DNA of 64,000 bases from Acidimicrobiia bacterium (GCA_020850945.1 JADZDR010000008.1:29776-93775), one strand, 5' to 3'; shown: positions 19,726 to 32,675, counted from the stretch's first letter. A program made the numbers and translations. Notes: generated by a model not told the origin, from the sequence alone.

Positions 19726-21714
19726 GTGCCCCACGATCCAGAGACACCCGAGGACGTAACCCTCTGCCTCGACGCGGGAGGCAGGGTGGTCGCCGCGCAC
19801 GGGCCGGTCGAGCGGATCCTGAACGGCCCCGACGTGAACGGGCTGAACCTCACACAGCTCCTCCCCCCGGACAGCATGACGAGCTGGGCACGGGCGATCG
19901 CCGACGCCGTGCAGGGGCGCCCCCACACCTTCGACCTGACAACCGACCGGGGTACCGAACACGTGACCGCGGCCCCCGTCGAGCCCGGCGGCACGGTCAC
20001 GGTCGTCACCCGCTTCACCCACGTTCCCGCGGAGGTCAGGGGGGAGTCCCTCCCCGCGACGGGCGACATCCTCTACCGCCTCCGCCTCCAACCCCACGTG
20101 GCGACGGCGTTCGTGTCGGCATCGGTGGAGGACCTCACGGGGATCCCGCCGGGCCAGTTCCTCCAGGACCCGGAGACGTTCCTGCTCGTGACGCATCCCG
20201 CGGACCGGGGTCTGTTCCGGGCAGCCCTCGACACGCCCGAGCACGCCACGACATCACTCACGCTCCGGTGGACACGCTCGGACGGCTCGCTCGCCTGGAC
20301 GAGCCACAGGCTCGGCGCGATCCGCGACAACGGTCGGATCGTAGGTGTGGACGGCATCGCCCGCGACATGACGAGCGACCGCTCGCGAGAGCTCCTCCTC
20401 GCCACCGCGAGCCTGCACGATCCCGTCACCGGACTCCCCAATGCCACCCTCGGCCGCGATCGGGTCTGCATGGGCCTGCAGTCCGTGGCGGGCACGACCG
20501 ACGTGGTCGGGGTCATCGCGTGCCGCCTCGAGGCAGCCGGCGACCTCGACGCGGACACCATCGCCGATCCCCTCTTCCAGCAGAGGATCGCGGCCCGCCT
20601 CCGTGCACTCGTGGAAGGGTCGGGCACCTCGGTCTCCAAGATCGACGACACGACCTTCCTCGTAGTAGCCCGGGCCGGCGACGCGGCCGCCCTCCTCCGC
20701 AGAGCGGACGAGATCCGCATGCGCGTCCGGGCCCCGCTGGAGCTCGCAGGCGAGGAGCTCCACACCACACTCGCCGTCGGGGTGGCCGTCGCCGAGAACG
20801 GGATCGACGCGGCGGACGACGTGATCCACGATGCGATCTCGGCTGCCCATCTCGCTGCCCTACGGGGCGGGGATGCGTGCGAGCTGCACTCGAACACGCG
20901 CAGCGCCCAGGTGGCGAGACGCCTCGAAGCCGAAGAGGCGCTGCGTCGCGCCGTCAACCTGGGCAGCTTCTCGGTCGTGTACCAACCCGTCGTCGATCTG
21001 CGAACGGGCGGCCTCGTCGAGACCGAGGCGCTCGCCCGCTGGAAGCATCCCGAGCAGGGGCTCGTCCCCGCCGGCGACTTCATGCAACTGGCCGAGGAGA
21101 CGGGAATGGTCGTGGCGATGGGCCGTACGGTCCTCGTCACCGCCTGTCGCGACGCCTTGACGTGGGTTCGGCACCGGCCCGACACACCTCCGATCGGCGT
21201 GAACCTCTCACCTGAGCAGTTCGAGGACCCCGCGCTCGTGGAAGACATGCAGGCGATCCTCGCCGGAGCCCGCCTCGACCCGGGCCGGCTCCGCCTCGAG
21301 GTGGGTGAGGTAACACTCCACCGTGACCTCGCCCGCACCGAAGGTGTCGCACTCGCCCTCCACGAAATCGGTGTCGACCTAACGGTCGACGATTTCAGGG
21401 GTGCGACCTCTCCCATGTGGCTCGAGCGGTGGCGTGTGCGGGCCGTGAAACTCGACATGTCTGTGACCACGGCTCTCGCCGACCCCGAGCCGGCCCAGGG
21501 ATGTCTCGCAACCGTGCGGGCAGCAGAGAGCGCGACTGCGACACTCGGGATCGACCTTGTCGCCAAGGGGATCGAGACGCGCCTGCAGAGCGAACGACTT
21601 CTCGAAGCGGGCTGTCAGAGGGGACAGGGGTTCTGGTTCGCGCCTCCCGTCTCCGCCAGCGTCGTCCCGACCCTTTTCGGTATGGACCTCAGGGGTGCAC
21701 GCGGCGACTCGTAG
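19726..21714 (+). CDS. PAS - degenerate GGDEF - EAL domain protein (probable c-di-GMP phosphodiesterase)
   Basis: 662 aa. N-terminal PAS-like repeats; the GGDEF domain has an intact upstream DPVTGLPN motif but the GG(D/E)EF motif is replaced (ARAGDAAALL). The EAL domain is intact (ETEALARW, QGFWF). Confidence 0.8.
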   Translation: MPHDPETPEDVTLCLDAGGRVVAAHGPVERILNGPDVNGLNLTQLLPPDSMTSWARAIADAVQGRPHTFDLTTDRGTEHVTAAPVEPGGTVTVVTRFTHVPAEVRGESLPATGDILYRLRLQPHVATAFVSASVEDLTGIPPGQFLQDPETFLLVTHPADRGLFRAALDTPEHATTSLTLRWTRSDGSLAWTSHRLGAIRDNGRIVGVDGIARDMTSDRSRELLLATASLHDPVTGLPNATLGRDRVCMGLQSVAGTTDVVGVIACRLEAAGDLDADTIADPLFQQRIAARLRALVEGSGTSVSKIDDTTFLVVARAGDAAALLRRADEIRMRVRAPLELAGEELHTTLAVGVAVAENGIDAADDVIHDAISAAHLAALRGGDACELHSNTRSAQVARRLEAEEALRRAVNLGSFSVVYQPVVDLRTGGLVETEALARWKHPEQGLVPAGDFMQLAEETGMVVAMGRTVLVTACRDALTWVRHRPDTPPIGVNLSPEQFEDPALVEDMQAILAGARLDPGRLRLEVGEVTLHRDLARTEGVALALHEIGVDLTVDDFRGATSPMWLERWRVRAVKLDMSVTTALADPEPAQGCLATVRAAESATATLGIDLVAKGIETRLQSERLLEAGCQRGQGFWFAPPVSASVVPTLFGMDLRGARGDS

Positions 21715-21849
21715 GGACGTCTCGCGAGCTGGCACCACCCGGTGCAGTGGCACACGCGTCGCCCGGCTGGCGACCGCGCCGACTCGCGTCAGTACCGGCC
21801 GGGCAGGCACCGGCACCCGCACCGGCACCAGAGACGGGCGGCCAGCGCG

Positions 21850-22523
21850 TCAGTCCTCGTCGGCGAAACCGGCGAGAGCATCCGGGATCGACCCGCGCCT
21901 GACACCGAACTCCTCGACGACGGCATCGAGCCAGGGCGCGCGCTGGCGGGCGCTGACCACGACCGGGGTGAGTAGGCCTGACCGCTGCACGGCCTGGCGA
22001 ACGAAGATCGTCGCGTAGTCGGGAGGACGTACGTCCCGGCTCAGCTCGGCCAGCGCGAACGGATCGGGTGCGACACCGGCTCCTGCCCGCGCGCCCACGT
22101 CCGGGGTGACGATCGTGCCCGTCGTGGGCATGGGGCCCCCGCCGAGAAGGCCCGGTCCGTCGGCGATGACGAACCCCTCACCTCCTCGGGTCGTGACCCG
22201 GCGAGCTGCAGACCGACATATCCGCCCAGCCCGTAGCCGATCACCGTCGCCGCACCGAGCTCGCAGAGGGCGGCATCGGCATCGCCGAGGAGCGCCTCGC
22301 ACGTGTAACCGCCGCCGGCGGGGACGGTGGATGCCCCGTGGCCGGTGAAATCGAGACCCCAGACCGGCCCGGGCCAAGCCTCGCACTCCGACGGAACGGT
22401 ATCGGGAGTCCGCAGGCCGAGGCCGTGCAGAACGAGGAGGGCTCGCTCCGAACCCGCCCGCAGGCGGTGCAGGGCGAGGCGGACGTGGGCGTGTACGAGG
22501 TCGACCTCCGGATCACGAGTCAT
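21850..22523 (-). pseudogene. alpha/beta hydrolase, apparent 1-bp frameshift near 22190 in a short C/G run
   Basis: The 22041-22523 ORF (HGLGL..., GYGLGGYVGLQLAGSRPEEV) and the 21850-22386 ORF (GFVIADGPGLL...) join into one alpha/beta hydrolase if one G is removed (PEEVRGFVIADGP). Confidence 0.55.
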
Positions 22524-23440
22524 GGCCGTCCCTCCTCGATGAAGGCGAGCACGAGTCGCGCGACCTCGTCCGACTGTTCGATGTGGACGAAATGGCCCAC
22601 ACCCTCCAGCTCGACGATCTGCATGTCAGGCGCCGCGTACGGCTCGAGATCCCTGGCACGTGTACCCCAACCCATGACTTCCTGCTCGGTTGCCAGGATG
22701 CCGAGGAGGGGGACCGGCAGCGACGGCAACACGCCGAGCGCCCACTCCGGACGCCACGGACCGAACCCGCCGAAGCGCAGAGTCGGATCGAGCTTCCAGC
22801 GCCATCCGTCCGTGTCGTGACGCCCCCCTACGGTCACGAGGTATTCGAGCCAGGCGCTGTCGAGGCGCGGGTTCATGCGGGCGCGGCGGGTGGCGAGCCC
22901 CGCGATCGTGTCGGGTCGCCGCACCCGCGCCGCTGTCCGTCTCCTGTGGTCGAGCCAGCCGCGCATCTCCTCGGCGAGCATCCGTGTGCGCTCGTGCTCG
23001 GCGATGTCCGGGATCCGCAGGAAGGGGAGGCCGTCCATGTTGACGAGCCGGCTCACGCGGTGCGGCCACGTCGTGGCGAGACGCAGGAGGAGGGACCCCC
23101 CTTTCGAATGGCCGACGAAAGGGATCGGCTCCGGCCCGATCGAATCGAGCACGGCGGCCGCATCCCGCACGTCCGCCTCCCACGAGTAGAGCTCGGCATG
23201 AGCGGAGTCACCGTGCCCGCGCTGGTCCCATGCGACCACACGCCATCCGGCCCGGGCGAGAAGGGGTGCGAACACGTCGAACGTCCGCGCGAAGTCGAAG
23301 CCGCCATGACCGAGGAGAAGGGGCGGGTCCGTCGCCGCACCCCATTCCTTGACCGCGATCCGCGCCCCCCACGCGTCGACCTCGCTCTCACGGTCGGGGC
23401 CGACCGCGCCCGGGTACGTCCTCTGCTCCGTCGCGCTCAC
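22520..23440 (-). CDS. alpha/beta hydrolase fold protein
   Basis: 306 aa with HGGFDF, the nucleophile-elbow GHSKGG and a C-terminal GVGHFVHIE. Confidence 0.8.
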   Translation of the reverse strand: MSATEQRTYPGAVGPDRESEVDAWGARIAVKEWGAATDPPLLLGHGGFDFARTFDVFAPLLARAGWRVVAWDQRGHGDSAHAELYSWEADVRDAAAVLDSIGPEPIPFVGHSKGGSLLLRLATTWPHRVSRLVNMDGLPFLRIPDIAEHERTRMLAEEMRGWLDHRRRTAARVRRPDTIAGLATRRARMNPRLDSAWLEYLVTVGGRHDTDGWRWKLDPTLRFGGFGPWRPEWALGVLPSLPVPLLGILATEQEVMGWGTRARDLEPYAAPDMQIVELEGVGHFVHIEQSDEVARLVLAFIEEGRP

Positions 23441-23452
23441 TTCACTCCCGAT

Positions 23453-24112
23453 TCAGTCCTGGGCGGATCGCTCGACATCACGGGGGGTCGGCTTCGACAC
23501 GTGAACCTCCCAGAGTGCCTGGTGATCCGCGGGGATCTCACGAGCCATGTACGCCAGGCGCGTGAGTGGATTGCTCATCTCGCCCGATGCGCCGACACCG
23601 ACCGTGTCGATGCCGACCTCACGGCATGTATAGACGGCACGCGGCAGGTGGTATTCCTGGGTCACGACCACGGCCTCTTCCACGCCGTAGACGTGGCGTG
23701 CCCGCCAGCACGAGTCGTAGGTGTCGCGCCCGGCCGAATCGAGGACGATGTCGTGCGCCGGAACGCCCTTCTCGATGAGATGCCTGCGCATCACGCCCGC
23801 CTCGTCGTGGAAGTCGCTCGTGTCGCCCGAGACGAGGATGCGCTCGACCTTCCCCTCCCGGTACAGGTGAGCTGCCGCGTCCAGGCGCCGCTCGAGGTAC
23901 GGGGACGGCCGGTTGCCCGGCCGCAGTCCCGCTCCGAGCACGATCGCCGTGGACCGCGGCGGGACGTCGGCAAGCGTGTACCGGGCCGAGCGGGTACCGA
24001 CGACGATCCAGATGGCGGGGGCCGAGGCGAGCGCGAACACTACAGCCACGACGGCGATCGACACACGGCGCAGCCGGCGGCGCCAAGGTCGATTCTTCCG
24101 GTGCCTGCCCAT
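23453..24112 (-). CDS. SanA/YdcF (DUF218) family membrane protein
   Basis: Begins at internal Met MGRHRKNRPWRRRLRR with a TM anchor, then a DUF218 core (ILVSGDTSDFHDEAGVM). Confidence 0.65.
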   Translation of the reverse strand: MGRHRKNRPWRRRLRRVSIAVVAVVFALASAPAIWIVVGTRSARYTLADVPPRSTAIVLGAGLRPGNRPSPYLERRLDAAAHLYREGKVERILVSGDTSDFHDEAGVMRRHLIEKGVPAHDIVLDSAGRDTYDSCWRARHVYGVEEAVVVTQEYHLPRAVYTCREVGIDTVGVGASGEMSNPLTRLAYMAREIPADHQALWEVHVSKPTPRDVERSAQD

Positions 24113-24299
24113 GCCCGGTTCGCGCTTTTCACCCTGCCCGTTGCCCCGAAGCCCTGCGGTGCCGGCCTCGGGGCGGGCATGGCGGGCATCGGACTTCCGT
24201 CCCAACATCGTCGCCATGCGTGAGCTCACTGTACCGGGAGGGTGTGACACAACGCGCGCATCACGGGCGCAGCGCCGTGTCTACGTGGGACACTGGCAG

Positions 24300-24896
24300 A
24301 TGGAATTCCAGGACGTGATGCGCCGCCGCCACATGACCCGATCCTTTACCGGGGATCCCGTGCCCGAGGATGTGGTGACGACTCTCCTCGCGAACGCGCA
24401 CAGGGCGCCGTCGGCGGGGAACACGAAGGCGACCGAGTTCCTCGTCCTCGCAGGCCCCGAGGAAACAGGCCGCTTCTGGGCCGCGACTCTTCCCGAAACC
24501 GAGCGCGGGGCCTTCCCGTGGCCCGGTCTCCTCGACGCCCCGCTGCTCGTCGTGTTCCTCGCGCACGAGGCCGCCTACAGGGCGCGTTACGCCGAGGCGG
24601 ACAAGGGCGTGGTCGAGCAGGAGGGCTTCTGGCCGGTGCCCTACTGGTACGTCGACGCAGGCATCGCAGCCATGCTCGCCCAGCTCACCGTGGTCGATCA
24701 CGGCCTCGGCTGCCTCTTCTTCGGGATCTTCCCGCGTCGCCTCGAGGCCTTCAGATCCGCCTTCGGGATCCCGGAATCCCATGTGCCGGTCGGTGCGCTC
24801 GCGGTCGGTCGGGCCGCGCCGCGGCAACGGAGGTCACGTTCCCTCGCCCGCCCCACCCCGACGGTGGGAGACGTGACCCACCGCGGCCGCTGGTGA
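24300..24896 (+). CDS. nitroreductase family protein
   Basis: Starts MEFQDVMRRRHMTRSF... with RRSxR and SAGNTKATEF nitroreductase motifs. Confidence 0.75.
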   Translation: MEFQDVMRRRHMTRSFTGDPVPEDVVTTLLANAHRAPSAGNTKATEFLVLAGPEETGRFWAATLPETERGAFPWPGLLDAPLLVVFLAHEAAYRARYAEADKGVVEQEGFWPVPYWYVDAGIAAMLAQLTVVDHGLGCLFFGIFPRRLEAFRSAFGIPESHVPVGALAVGRAAPRQRRSRSLARPTPTVGDVTHRGRW

Positions 24897-24929
24897 GCGG
24901 TCTCCCCGATCGACCACTAGCGTGACCGG

Positions 24930-25613
24930 ATGCCCCGCGCGCTGGATCGTCTGCCCGGATTCCTCTACGACACGTGCATGGCCCGCGCGGAGCGGCGCTG
25001 GCTGTCGGGGGTGAGAGCCGGCCTCCTGCAGCAGACCGGGGGGACGATCGTCGAGATCGGGGCGGGGACGGGCGCGAACCTCCCCCACTACCCGAGACGC
25101 GACGTCACACGTCTCGACGCCGTCGAGCCGAGCCTTTCCATGATCAGACGACTCGAACGCCGCACACCACGCTGGGTCACCGTCCACCACGACACGGCCG
25201 AGGATCTGCCATTCGAGGAGGCGACCTTCGACTACGCGGTCGGCACGCTGGTCTTCTGCACGGTGCCCGACGCCTCACGTGGCTTCGGGGAGATCCGCCG
25301 CGTCCTCAAACCGGGGGGGCGTCTCGTCTTCCTCGAGCACGTGCGATCGTCCCGGCCCCGTGTCGCCCGCTGGCAGGAGCGCATCGACACGGTCTGGCCG
25401 AAGATGACGGGCGGCTGCCACGCGAGCCGGGACACGGTGGACACGATCGAGGCATGCGGCTTCGAGATCGAGCACCTCGCCCACCGCGAGCTCGACTGGC
25501 GGGCGGGTTTCATCCGGGACTTCGTGTGGGGTGTCGCCTCAGTGCGGGCGGCGGATCGGCTCACGTCACCGGCTGCTCGCACGCAAGCCGACCCGACGCG
25601 ATCGCGTCCATGA
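24930..25613 (+). CDS. class I SAM-dependent methyltransferase
   Basis: Motif I VEIGAGTGAN and a post-I acidic loop. 227 aa. The 3' end overlaps the convergent DUF2252 gene. Confidence 0.7.
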   Translation: MPRALDRLPGFLYDTCMARAERRWLSGVRAGLLQQTGGTIVEIGAGTGANLPHYPRRDVTRLDAVEPSLSMIRRLERRTPRWVTVHHDTAEDLPFEEATFDYAVGTLVFCTVPDASRGFGEIRRVLKPGGRLVFLEHVRSSRPRVARWQERIDTVWPKMTGGCHASRDTVDTIEACGFEIEHLAHRELDWRAGFIRDFVWGVASVRAADRLTSPAARTQADPTRSRP

Positions 25614-26952
25614 ACTCGGCGTAGTCGCTCGTGTTCTGCTCCCTGTACGCGGCCGAGAACTCGGCGATCGCCTTGTCGAACGTCTCGCCACTCCCGAGGT
25701 ACGCCGCTGTCGCCACGCTGTCCCCGGAACGCGCATGCGCACGGGCGAGCGCAACACCGCAGAGCTCCGCGTAGAGGGCGAGTCGCGCCGGGTCGTGCAC
25801 GCCCGTGTCGATCGAACCCTTCATGTCGCGCAACTGGCGGCAGTAGAAGTGCAGACCGGTCGGGCCGGTCGTCCAGCCGAGGAAGATGTCGCTCGCCGCC
25901 TGCATGAGGCGCTGCCCCTCTACGACACGTCTGCCCTGGTGCCGGAAACGACCGGCGGGGAGGTACTCCTCGAGGACCGAACGCTGCGCCTCCTTCACCT
26001 GGATGAAGAGCGGATCCCCGGCATCACGACCCTCGAGGTAGAGGACGTAGCAGCGCGTGCCCACGCTCCCCACGCCCACGACCTTGAGGGCGAAGTCGAC
26101 GGACACGAAGCGGCGCAGGAGTGCCGCACGGCCGTCCTCGAGGGAGCTCTGGTAGCTCTCGAAGCTCGCCTCGATGTCACGCACCGCCTCGTCCGCGGTT
26201 CTCACCTCGAGATGGTCGCCGAGATCACGCAGGGGGATGAGGACGGGGGGATCGGCGCGGAAACGGCGCCTGCCGTCCTGGATCTCGGTCAGCTTCTCGA
26301 GGGCCTGCAGGTTCGTGCGCTTGCGCGCCTTGCCGACGGTACGCGTCGCGGTCTTCTTGATCGCACCCTGCAGGCGGGGCAGATAGTCCTCCACCCGCAG
26401 GCTCGTGTACCAGACGTCCATGTATCGCATACCCGCGAACTCATGCGTCGCCTCCCGGTACGCCCGGGCCACAGCCTGTGTCACCTTGTCGGTCTGCGCC
26501 GCGTCGAAGCCGCTCTCGGCCGCGGAGACGGCGAAACTGGCCGCGAGGCGTTTCACGTCCCACTCCCACGGTCCGACGTGGGTCTCGTCGAAGTCGTTCA
26601 CGTCGAAGAGGAGCTCGCGTTCGGGTGAGGCATAGATGCCGAAGTTGAGCAGATGCGCGTCCCCGCAGATCTGGGCCCTGAGCCCGCATGCCGGCGTGAA
26701 CGAGAGGTCCTGCGCCATGGGGAGGGCGGCCCCCCGGAAGTACGTGAACGGCGACACGCTCATGCGGGCATGGCGGACGGGCACGAGCCACGGTACGCGA
26801 TGGCGCCCCTGGGCTTCGATGAGGTCCACGGGGCCGATCCGTTGCCGCGGGGGCTCCCACACCGCCTGTGACGAGCGTGGCACACGCTTGCGCAGCTCCT
26901 TGCCGGCCGCGGCTCGTTCTGCGACTGTCCGGCCCCCGCCCGCCAGCGTCAC
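25561..26952 (-). CDS. DUF2252 domain-containing protein
   Basis: 463-aa ORF with characteristic DUF2252 blocks (FDVNDFDETHVGPWEWDVKRLAAS, FVSVDFALKVVGVGSVGTR). Confidence 0.7.
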   Translation of the reverse strand: MTLAGGGRTVAERAAAGKELRKRVPRSSQAVWEPPRQRIGPVDLIEAQGRHRVPWLVPVRHARMSVSPFTYFRGAALPMAQDLSFTPACGLRAQICGDAHLLNFGIYASPERELLFDVNDFDETHVGPWEWDVKRLAASFAVSAAESGFDAAQTDKVTQAVARAYREATHEFAGMRYMDVWYTSLRVEDYLPRLQGAIKKTATRTVGKARKRTNLQALEKLTEIQDGRRRFRADPPVLIPLRDLGDHLEVRTADEAVRDIEASFESYQSSLEDGRAALLRRFVSVDFALKVVGVGSVGTRCYVLYLEGRDAGDPLFIQVKEAQRSVLEEYLPAGRFRHQGRRVVEGQRLMQAASDIFLGWTTGPTGLHFYCRQLRDMKGSIDTGVHDPARLALYAELCGVALARAHARSGDSVATAAYLGSGETFDKAIAEFSAAYREQNTSDYAEFMDAIASGRLACEQPVT

Positions 26953-27347
26953 CGCAGGGCCTTCCAGACCGTGAGAACGGCAGCGATCACGGTGAGGCCG
27001 ATCTTGGTCAGATCGAGGACCGGCCGCACACGCACGCCGTCGTCGCTCACCTCGATGACGGCGACCGGCCTGCCCTCGCCTCCACCCCCGATGCCACCAC
27101 CGCCTCCGCCGTCGTCGGCGTCGCGGCCGCCCCGCCCGAACCCGAAACCGTAACCACCCCAGGTCGAGACGGATGCAGCCGTGATGATCGTGCGATCACC
27201 GTGGCGGCGGTCGTCGAAGACGCGCCGTTCGACGAAGGTGCCCGACATGCGTTCGAGAGCAGGTTGGAGCCGTTCGACGATCGCGTCTGCGAGACCTGAG
27301 AACGTGCGCGGCTCGGCCCCGTTCGTGGGCAGCATCTGCTCTGTCAT
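26949..27347 (-). CDS. GerW/YtfJ family (spore-protein-YtfJ-like) protein
   Basis: Starts at internal Met MTEQMLPTNGAEPRTF.... Gly-rich GGYGFGFGRGG...GGGGGGIGGGG segment and a C-terminal TM helix, typical of the YtfJ/GerW fold. The upstream part of the track ORF is rejected. Confidence 0.6.
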   Translation of the reverse strand: MTEQMLPTNGAEPRTFSGLADAIVERLQPALERMSGTFVERRVFDDRRHGDRTIITAASVSTWGGYGFGFGRGGRDADDGGGGGGIGGGGEGRPVAVIEVSDDGVRVRPVLDLTKIGLTVIAAVLTVWKALR

Positions 27348-27622
27348 GGGCTCCTCTTCCTGTTCTTGACGATCAACCGCAGGACCAGGGCGAGCCCGAG
27401 GGAACCGAGCCAGATCCCGCGCCTGAGCGCGGAATCGACGTCGCGGATCGCCACCGTCTCCTCTGTGCCGTCCCCCCATGTCACGACGACGGACTGGGGC
27501 ACTGCGCGGAGGGACCAGAACCGGACTGTGCCGAGGGCGTGGACGGACTCGTCGACGGCCGCGTTGCACGTGATCGTGTGGTTGCCTGCCTCGATCCTGC
27601 GGACTGCCTGTACGTGACGCAT
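27344..27622 (-). CDS. hypothetical small membrane-anchored protein, apparently co-operonic with the GerW/YtfJ-like gene
   Basis: 92-aa ORF ending in a TM helix (GIWLGSLGLALVLRLIV). Its stop overlaps the start of the GerW-like gene by 4 nt. Confidence 0.45.
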   Translation of the reverse strand: MRHVQAVRRIEAGNHTITCNAAVDESVHALGTVRFWSLRAVPQSVVVTWGDGTEETVAIRDVDSALRRGIWLGSLGLALVLRLIVKNRKRSP

Positions 27623-27819
27623 CCGCCCACCCTAGGGCAGCCCACGTGGGCCCGCAGCCGAGCTATGGACGTGACTCTTGTGGGTTCGCACGAACGCGGG
27701 TGCCCTGGTTCTGCGGGAGCGCCTATTGCGGCCCGAACGGGACGGCAACCTACGCTAGTGATCTGCCGTCGGCCCCCTGGCGGCGGCGCTTCCGGTTCGA
27801 GCACGCCTTGGAGAGACAC

Positions 27820-28607
27820 ATGGCCGTAGCTGCACAGAGGGGCAGCGCACACGAGCGGACACGCACGAAGCTCCTACCCGGCGACCCGCAGGTGGGCAAA
27901 CCCGGTGAGGGGCGGGCCCGGGGTGCACCCAACTTCCTCGTCGCGTTCTGGCGCTCTGACGTGGGCAAGAAGTGGCTCATGGCCGTGTCGGGAATCGCCC
28001 TCATGGGCTTCGTCTTCTTCCACATGGTCGGGAACCTGAAGCTCTACATGGGTGCCGCGGACTTCGACCACTACGCCGAGTTCCTGCGCGAGCTCCTCGT
28101 CCCGATCGTGCCGAGGACAGTGGTCCTCTGGCTCATGCGCATCGGACTCGTCGTCGCGTTCGGTGTCCACATCGTCGCTGCCGCACAGCTCACGAAGCAC
28201 AACCGTGACGCCCGCAAGGTCCCCTACCAGAGCGAGCGGGACTACCTCGCCGCGAACTTCGCGTCCCGGACGATGCGCTGGACGGGAATCATCGTCGCCC
28301 TCTTCCTCCTCTTCCACCTCCTCGACCTCACGTGGGGTGCGGCCAATCCCGACTTCGTGCGAGGCAGTGCCTACTGCAACGTGTACAACAGCTTCGACCG
28401 GGCGTGGGCGGCCATCATCTACGTGATCGCGAACCTCGCCCTCGGCATCCACCTCTATCACGGTGGCTGGAGCCTCTTCCAGAGCCTCGGACTGAACAAC
28501 CCGCGCTTCAACGCGTGGACGCGGTGGTTCGCGGTCCTCTTCGCGATCGTGGTCGTCGTCCCCAACATCTCGTTTCCGATCGCAGTCCAGGCGGGGGTGA
28601 TCGGACC

Positions 28608-28617
<10 letters not shown>
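27820..28617 (+). CDS. sdhC: succinate dehydrogenase cytochrome b558 subunit
   Basis: Begins MAVAAQRGS...; polytopic with conserved His-containing helices. Lies directly upstream of, and overlapping, sdhA. Confidence 0.8.
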
Positions 28618-30542
<1,925 letters not shown>

Positions 30543-31313
30543 ATGGACCTGACCCTGCGGATCTGGCGCCAGGCGGACGGCGATGCCGCCGGCGCCTTCG
30601 CCGTGTATGCGATTGCCGGGATCAACCCCGACATGTCCTTCCTCGAGATGCTCGACATCCTCAACGAGCAGATCCTCGCCGACGGCGGGGAACCCGTCGA
30701 GTTCGAGTCGGACTGCCGCGAGGGGATCTGCGGCACGTGTGGTGTCGTCGTCAACGGCATCCCGCACGGACCGGAGAAGGCGACGGCGACGTGCCAGCTC
30801 CACATGCGCAAGTTCCACGACGGCGACACCGTCACCGTCGAGCCGTGGCGGGCGACGGCCTTCCCGGTCCTGCGTGACCTCGTCGTCGACCGCTCTGCGC
30901 TCGACCGGATCGTCGAGGCGGGTGGCTTCATCACGGCACCGACCGGCGCGGCCCCCGACGCGAACGAGATCCCCGTCCCGAAGGAGGCGGCGGAGGCGTC
31001 GATGGACGCCGCGGCCTGCATCGGCTGCGGTGCCTGCGTCGCCGCCTGCCCGAACGGTGCCGCACAGCTCTTCACGGCCGCGAAGCTCGCCCACCTCGAT
31101 CTCCTCCCCCAGGGTCAGGCGGAGCGATTCCGCCGCACCGAGGCGATGGTCGACCGCATGGAGGACTACTTCGGGTCCTGCACCAACCACGGCGAGTGCG
31201 AGGAGGTCTGCCCGAAGGAGATCTCGATCGACTTCATCGCGATGATGAACCGCGACTACATCCGGGCGAAGTTCAAGAACCTGCGCCGGCTCGGCCAGCG
31301 TAAGGTCGGGTGA
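30543..31313 (+). CDS. sdhB: succinate dehydrogenase iron-sulfur subunit
   Basis: 256 aa with Cys clusters [10 protein letters not shown] and [12 protein letters not shown]...CxxHGxCxxxCP. Confidence 0.9.
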   Translation: MDLTLRIWRQADGDAAGAFAVYAIAGINPDMSFLEMLDILNEQILADGGEPVEFESDCREGICGTCGVVVNGIPHGPEKATATCQLHMRKFHDGDTVTVEPWRATAFPVLRDLVVDRSALDRIVEAGGFITAPTGAAPDANEIPVPKEAAEASMDAAACIGCGACVAACPNGAAQLFTAAKLAHLDLLPQGQAERFRRTEAMVDRMEDYFGSCTNHGECEEVCPKEISIDFIAMMNRDYIRAKFKNLRRLGQRKVG

Positions 31314-31325
31314 TCGCCCCCGGCT

Positions 31326-32675
31326 TCAGGTGACGTGCTCACCTTCCGCATCCGGACCGTCCGCGGCTGCGGGTGCCTGGGCCGGAGTGGCAACCGCTCC
31401 CTCGTCTACCGCCGGCGCAGTGTCGTCCTTCCCGTTGCCCGCGAGTGAGCTGAGCAGGTTCACGCCGGTCGCGGCCTCGATCTGATCGTTGAGGCGCACG
31501 ACAGTCCCGGGGAGCTGGCTCACGGCTGTCGAAACCCCGTTACCCGAACCCGAGTCGACGATCGAGATCCTGTCGATCAGCACGTTGTCGACGGTCGAGA
31601 CGAGCTTGTCCACGATGTCGGGCAGCATGCGCAGGACGTAGACGCGCTCGGCCATAGGCCCTGCCTCCTGGAACTCGTCCACGAGCTTTGCGAAGACCTC
31701 GATCGTGGCGTTGCCTGATTCGGTGATGGCGGCGGCCTTCCCCTGTGCCTCGAGTTGCGCGGCCTCGCGGGCGGCCCGGGCGGGTGCCACGACATCGGCC
31801 TCGAGCGTCCGCTCCTGGAGGGCGATGCGCTGCTGCTGCAGGTCCTGTTCCGCTGTCGCCTTGGCGATCTCACCGGCAACAGCCGCCTGCTTCTCCTTGG
31901 CGAGGGCAACCGCCTCGAGCTCGGCCCGGCGCACACGCAGCTCGTTCTGCTGCTCGACGATCTGGCGGTCGGCCTGTACGGTCGCGATCTCTGCCCGCTG
32001 GCGGGCGTCGGCCTCGGCCTCGAGCGCCTCGGCCGAACGTTCCGCCTCGGCGATCCGGGCTTCTTTCAGGACCTCGGCTGTGCGGCGCCGCCCCACCGAG
32101 TCGAGGTAGCCGACCTCGTCGGTCACGTTCTGGATCTTGAGGACATCGAGGCCGAGGCCGAGGGTTCGGATGTCGTCGTCGGCCTCGTCGGCGAGGGTCT
32201 GGGCGAAGCGCAGCCTGTCCTCGTTCACCTCCTCCGGCGTGAGCGTGGCGAGCACACCACGCAGGTTCGCCTCGAGCGTCTCCTTCGCGATCTGGCGGAT
32301 CGTCTCGAACGGCACGTCGAGGAACCGCTCGACCGAGTTCTCGAGCAGCCCCTCGACGTTGGCGACCTTCACGTTCGCGATGCCCTGCACGTTGAGGGGG
32401 ATCGCCCCCTTGGAGTAGGCGTTCGTGACCGTCACCTCGATCGGGATCGTGTTCAGACTCATCCAGGACACCCGCTCGATGAAGGGAACGCGCAGGGTGC
32501 GGCCTCCGTTCAGGATCCGGTAACCGACATGCCTGCCGTCGCTCATCGCCCGTCTCCGCCCCGATATGACAGCGATCAGGTTCGGGGGGCAGATGATGAT
32601 CAGGCGTTTCAGCAAGACCAGGACGAGGATGATCGCGAGGACGATCAGGGCTCCGGCGGCGAGTGCGATCTCCAT
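31326..32675 (-). CDS. flotillin / SPFH (band 7) family protein
   Basis: 449 aa with an N-terminal TM helix, an SPFH domain and a long Ala/Glu-rich coiled-coil (EAEADARQRAEIA...). Confidence 0.8.
   Translation of the reverse strand: MEIALAAGALIVLAIILVLVLLKRLIIICPPNLIAVISGRRRAMSDGRHVGYRILNGGRTLRVPFIERVSWMSLNTIPIEVTVTNAYSKGAIPLNVQGIANVKVANVEGLLENSVERFLDVPFETIRQIAKETLEANLRGVLATLTPEEVNEDRLRFAQTLADEADDDIRTLGLGLDVLKIQNVTDEVGYLDSVGRRRTAEVLKEARIAEAERSAEALEAEADARQRAEIATVQADRQIVEQQNELRVRRAELEAVALAKEKQAAVAGEIAKATAEQDLQQQRIALQERTLEADVVAPARAAREAAQLEAQGKAAAITESGNATIEVFAKLVDEFQEAGPMAERVYVLRMLPDIVDKLVSTVDNVLIDRISIVDSGSGNGVSTAVSQLPGTVVRLNDQIEAATGVNLLSSLAGNGKDDTAPAVDEGAVATPAQAPAAADGPDAEGEHVT

Noticed and set aside
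24240-24260. TGTGACACAA 10-mer present upstream of the 24300 nitroreductase gene and again upstream of recA (50968-50977); a possible shared CRP-like site
   Set aside because: Only two copies, and the flanks do not form the TGTGA-N6-TCACA CRP/GlxR palindrome. This may be chance, so it is mentioned only for follow-up by a genome-wide motif count.
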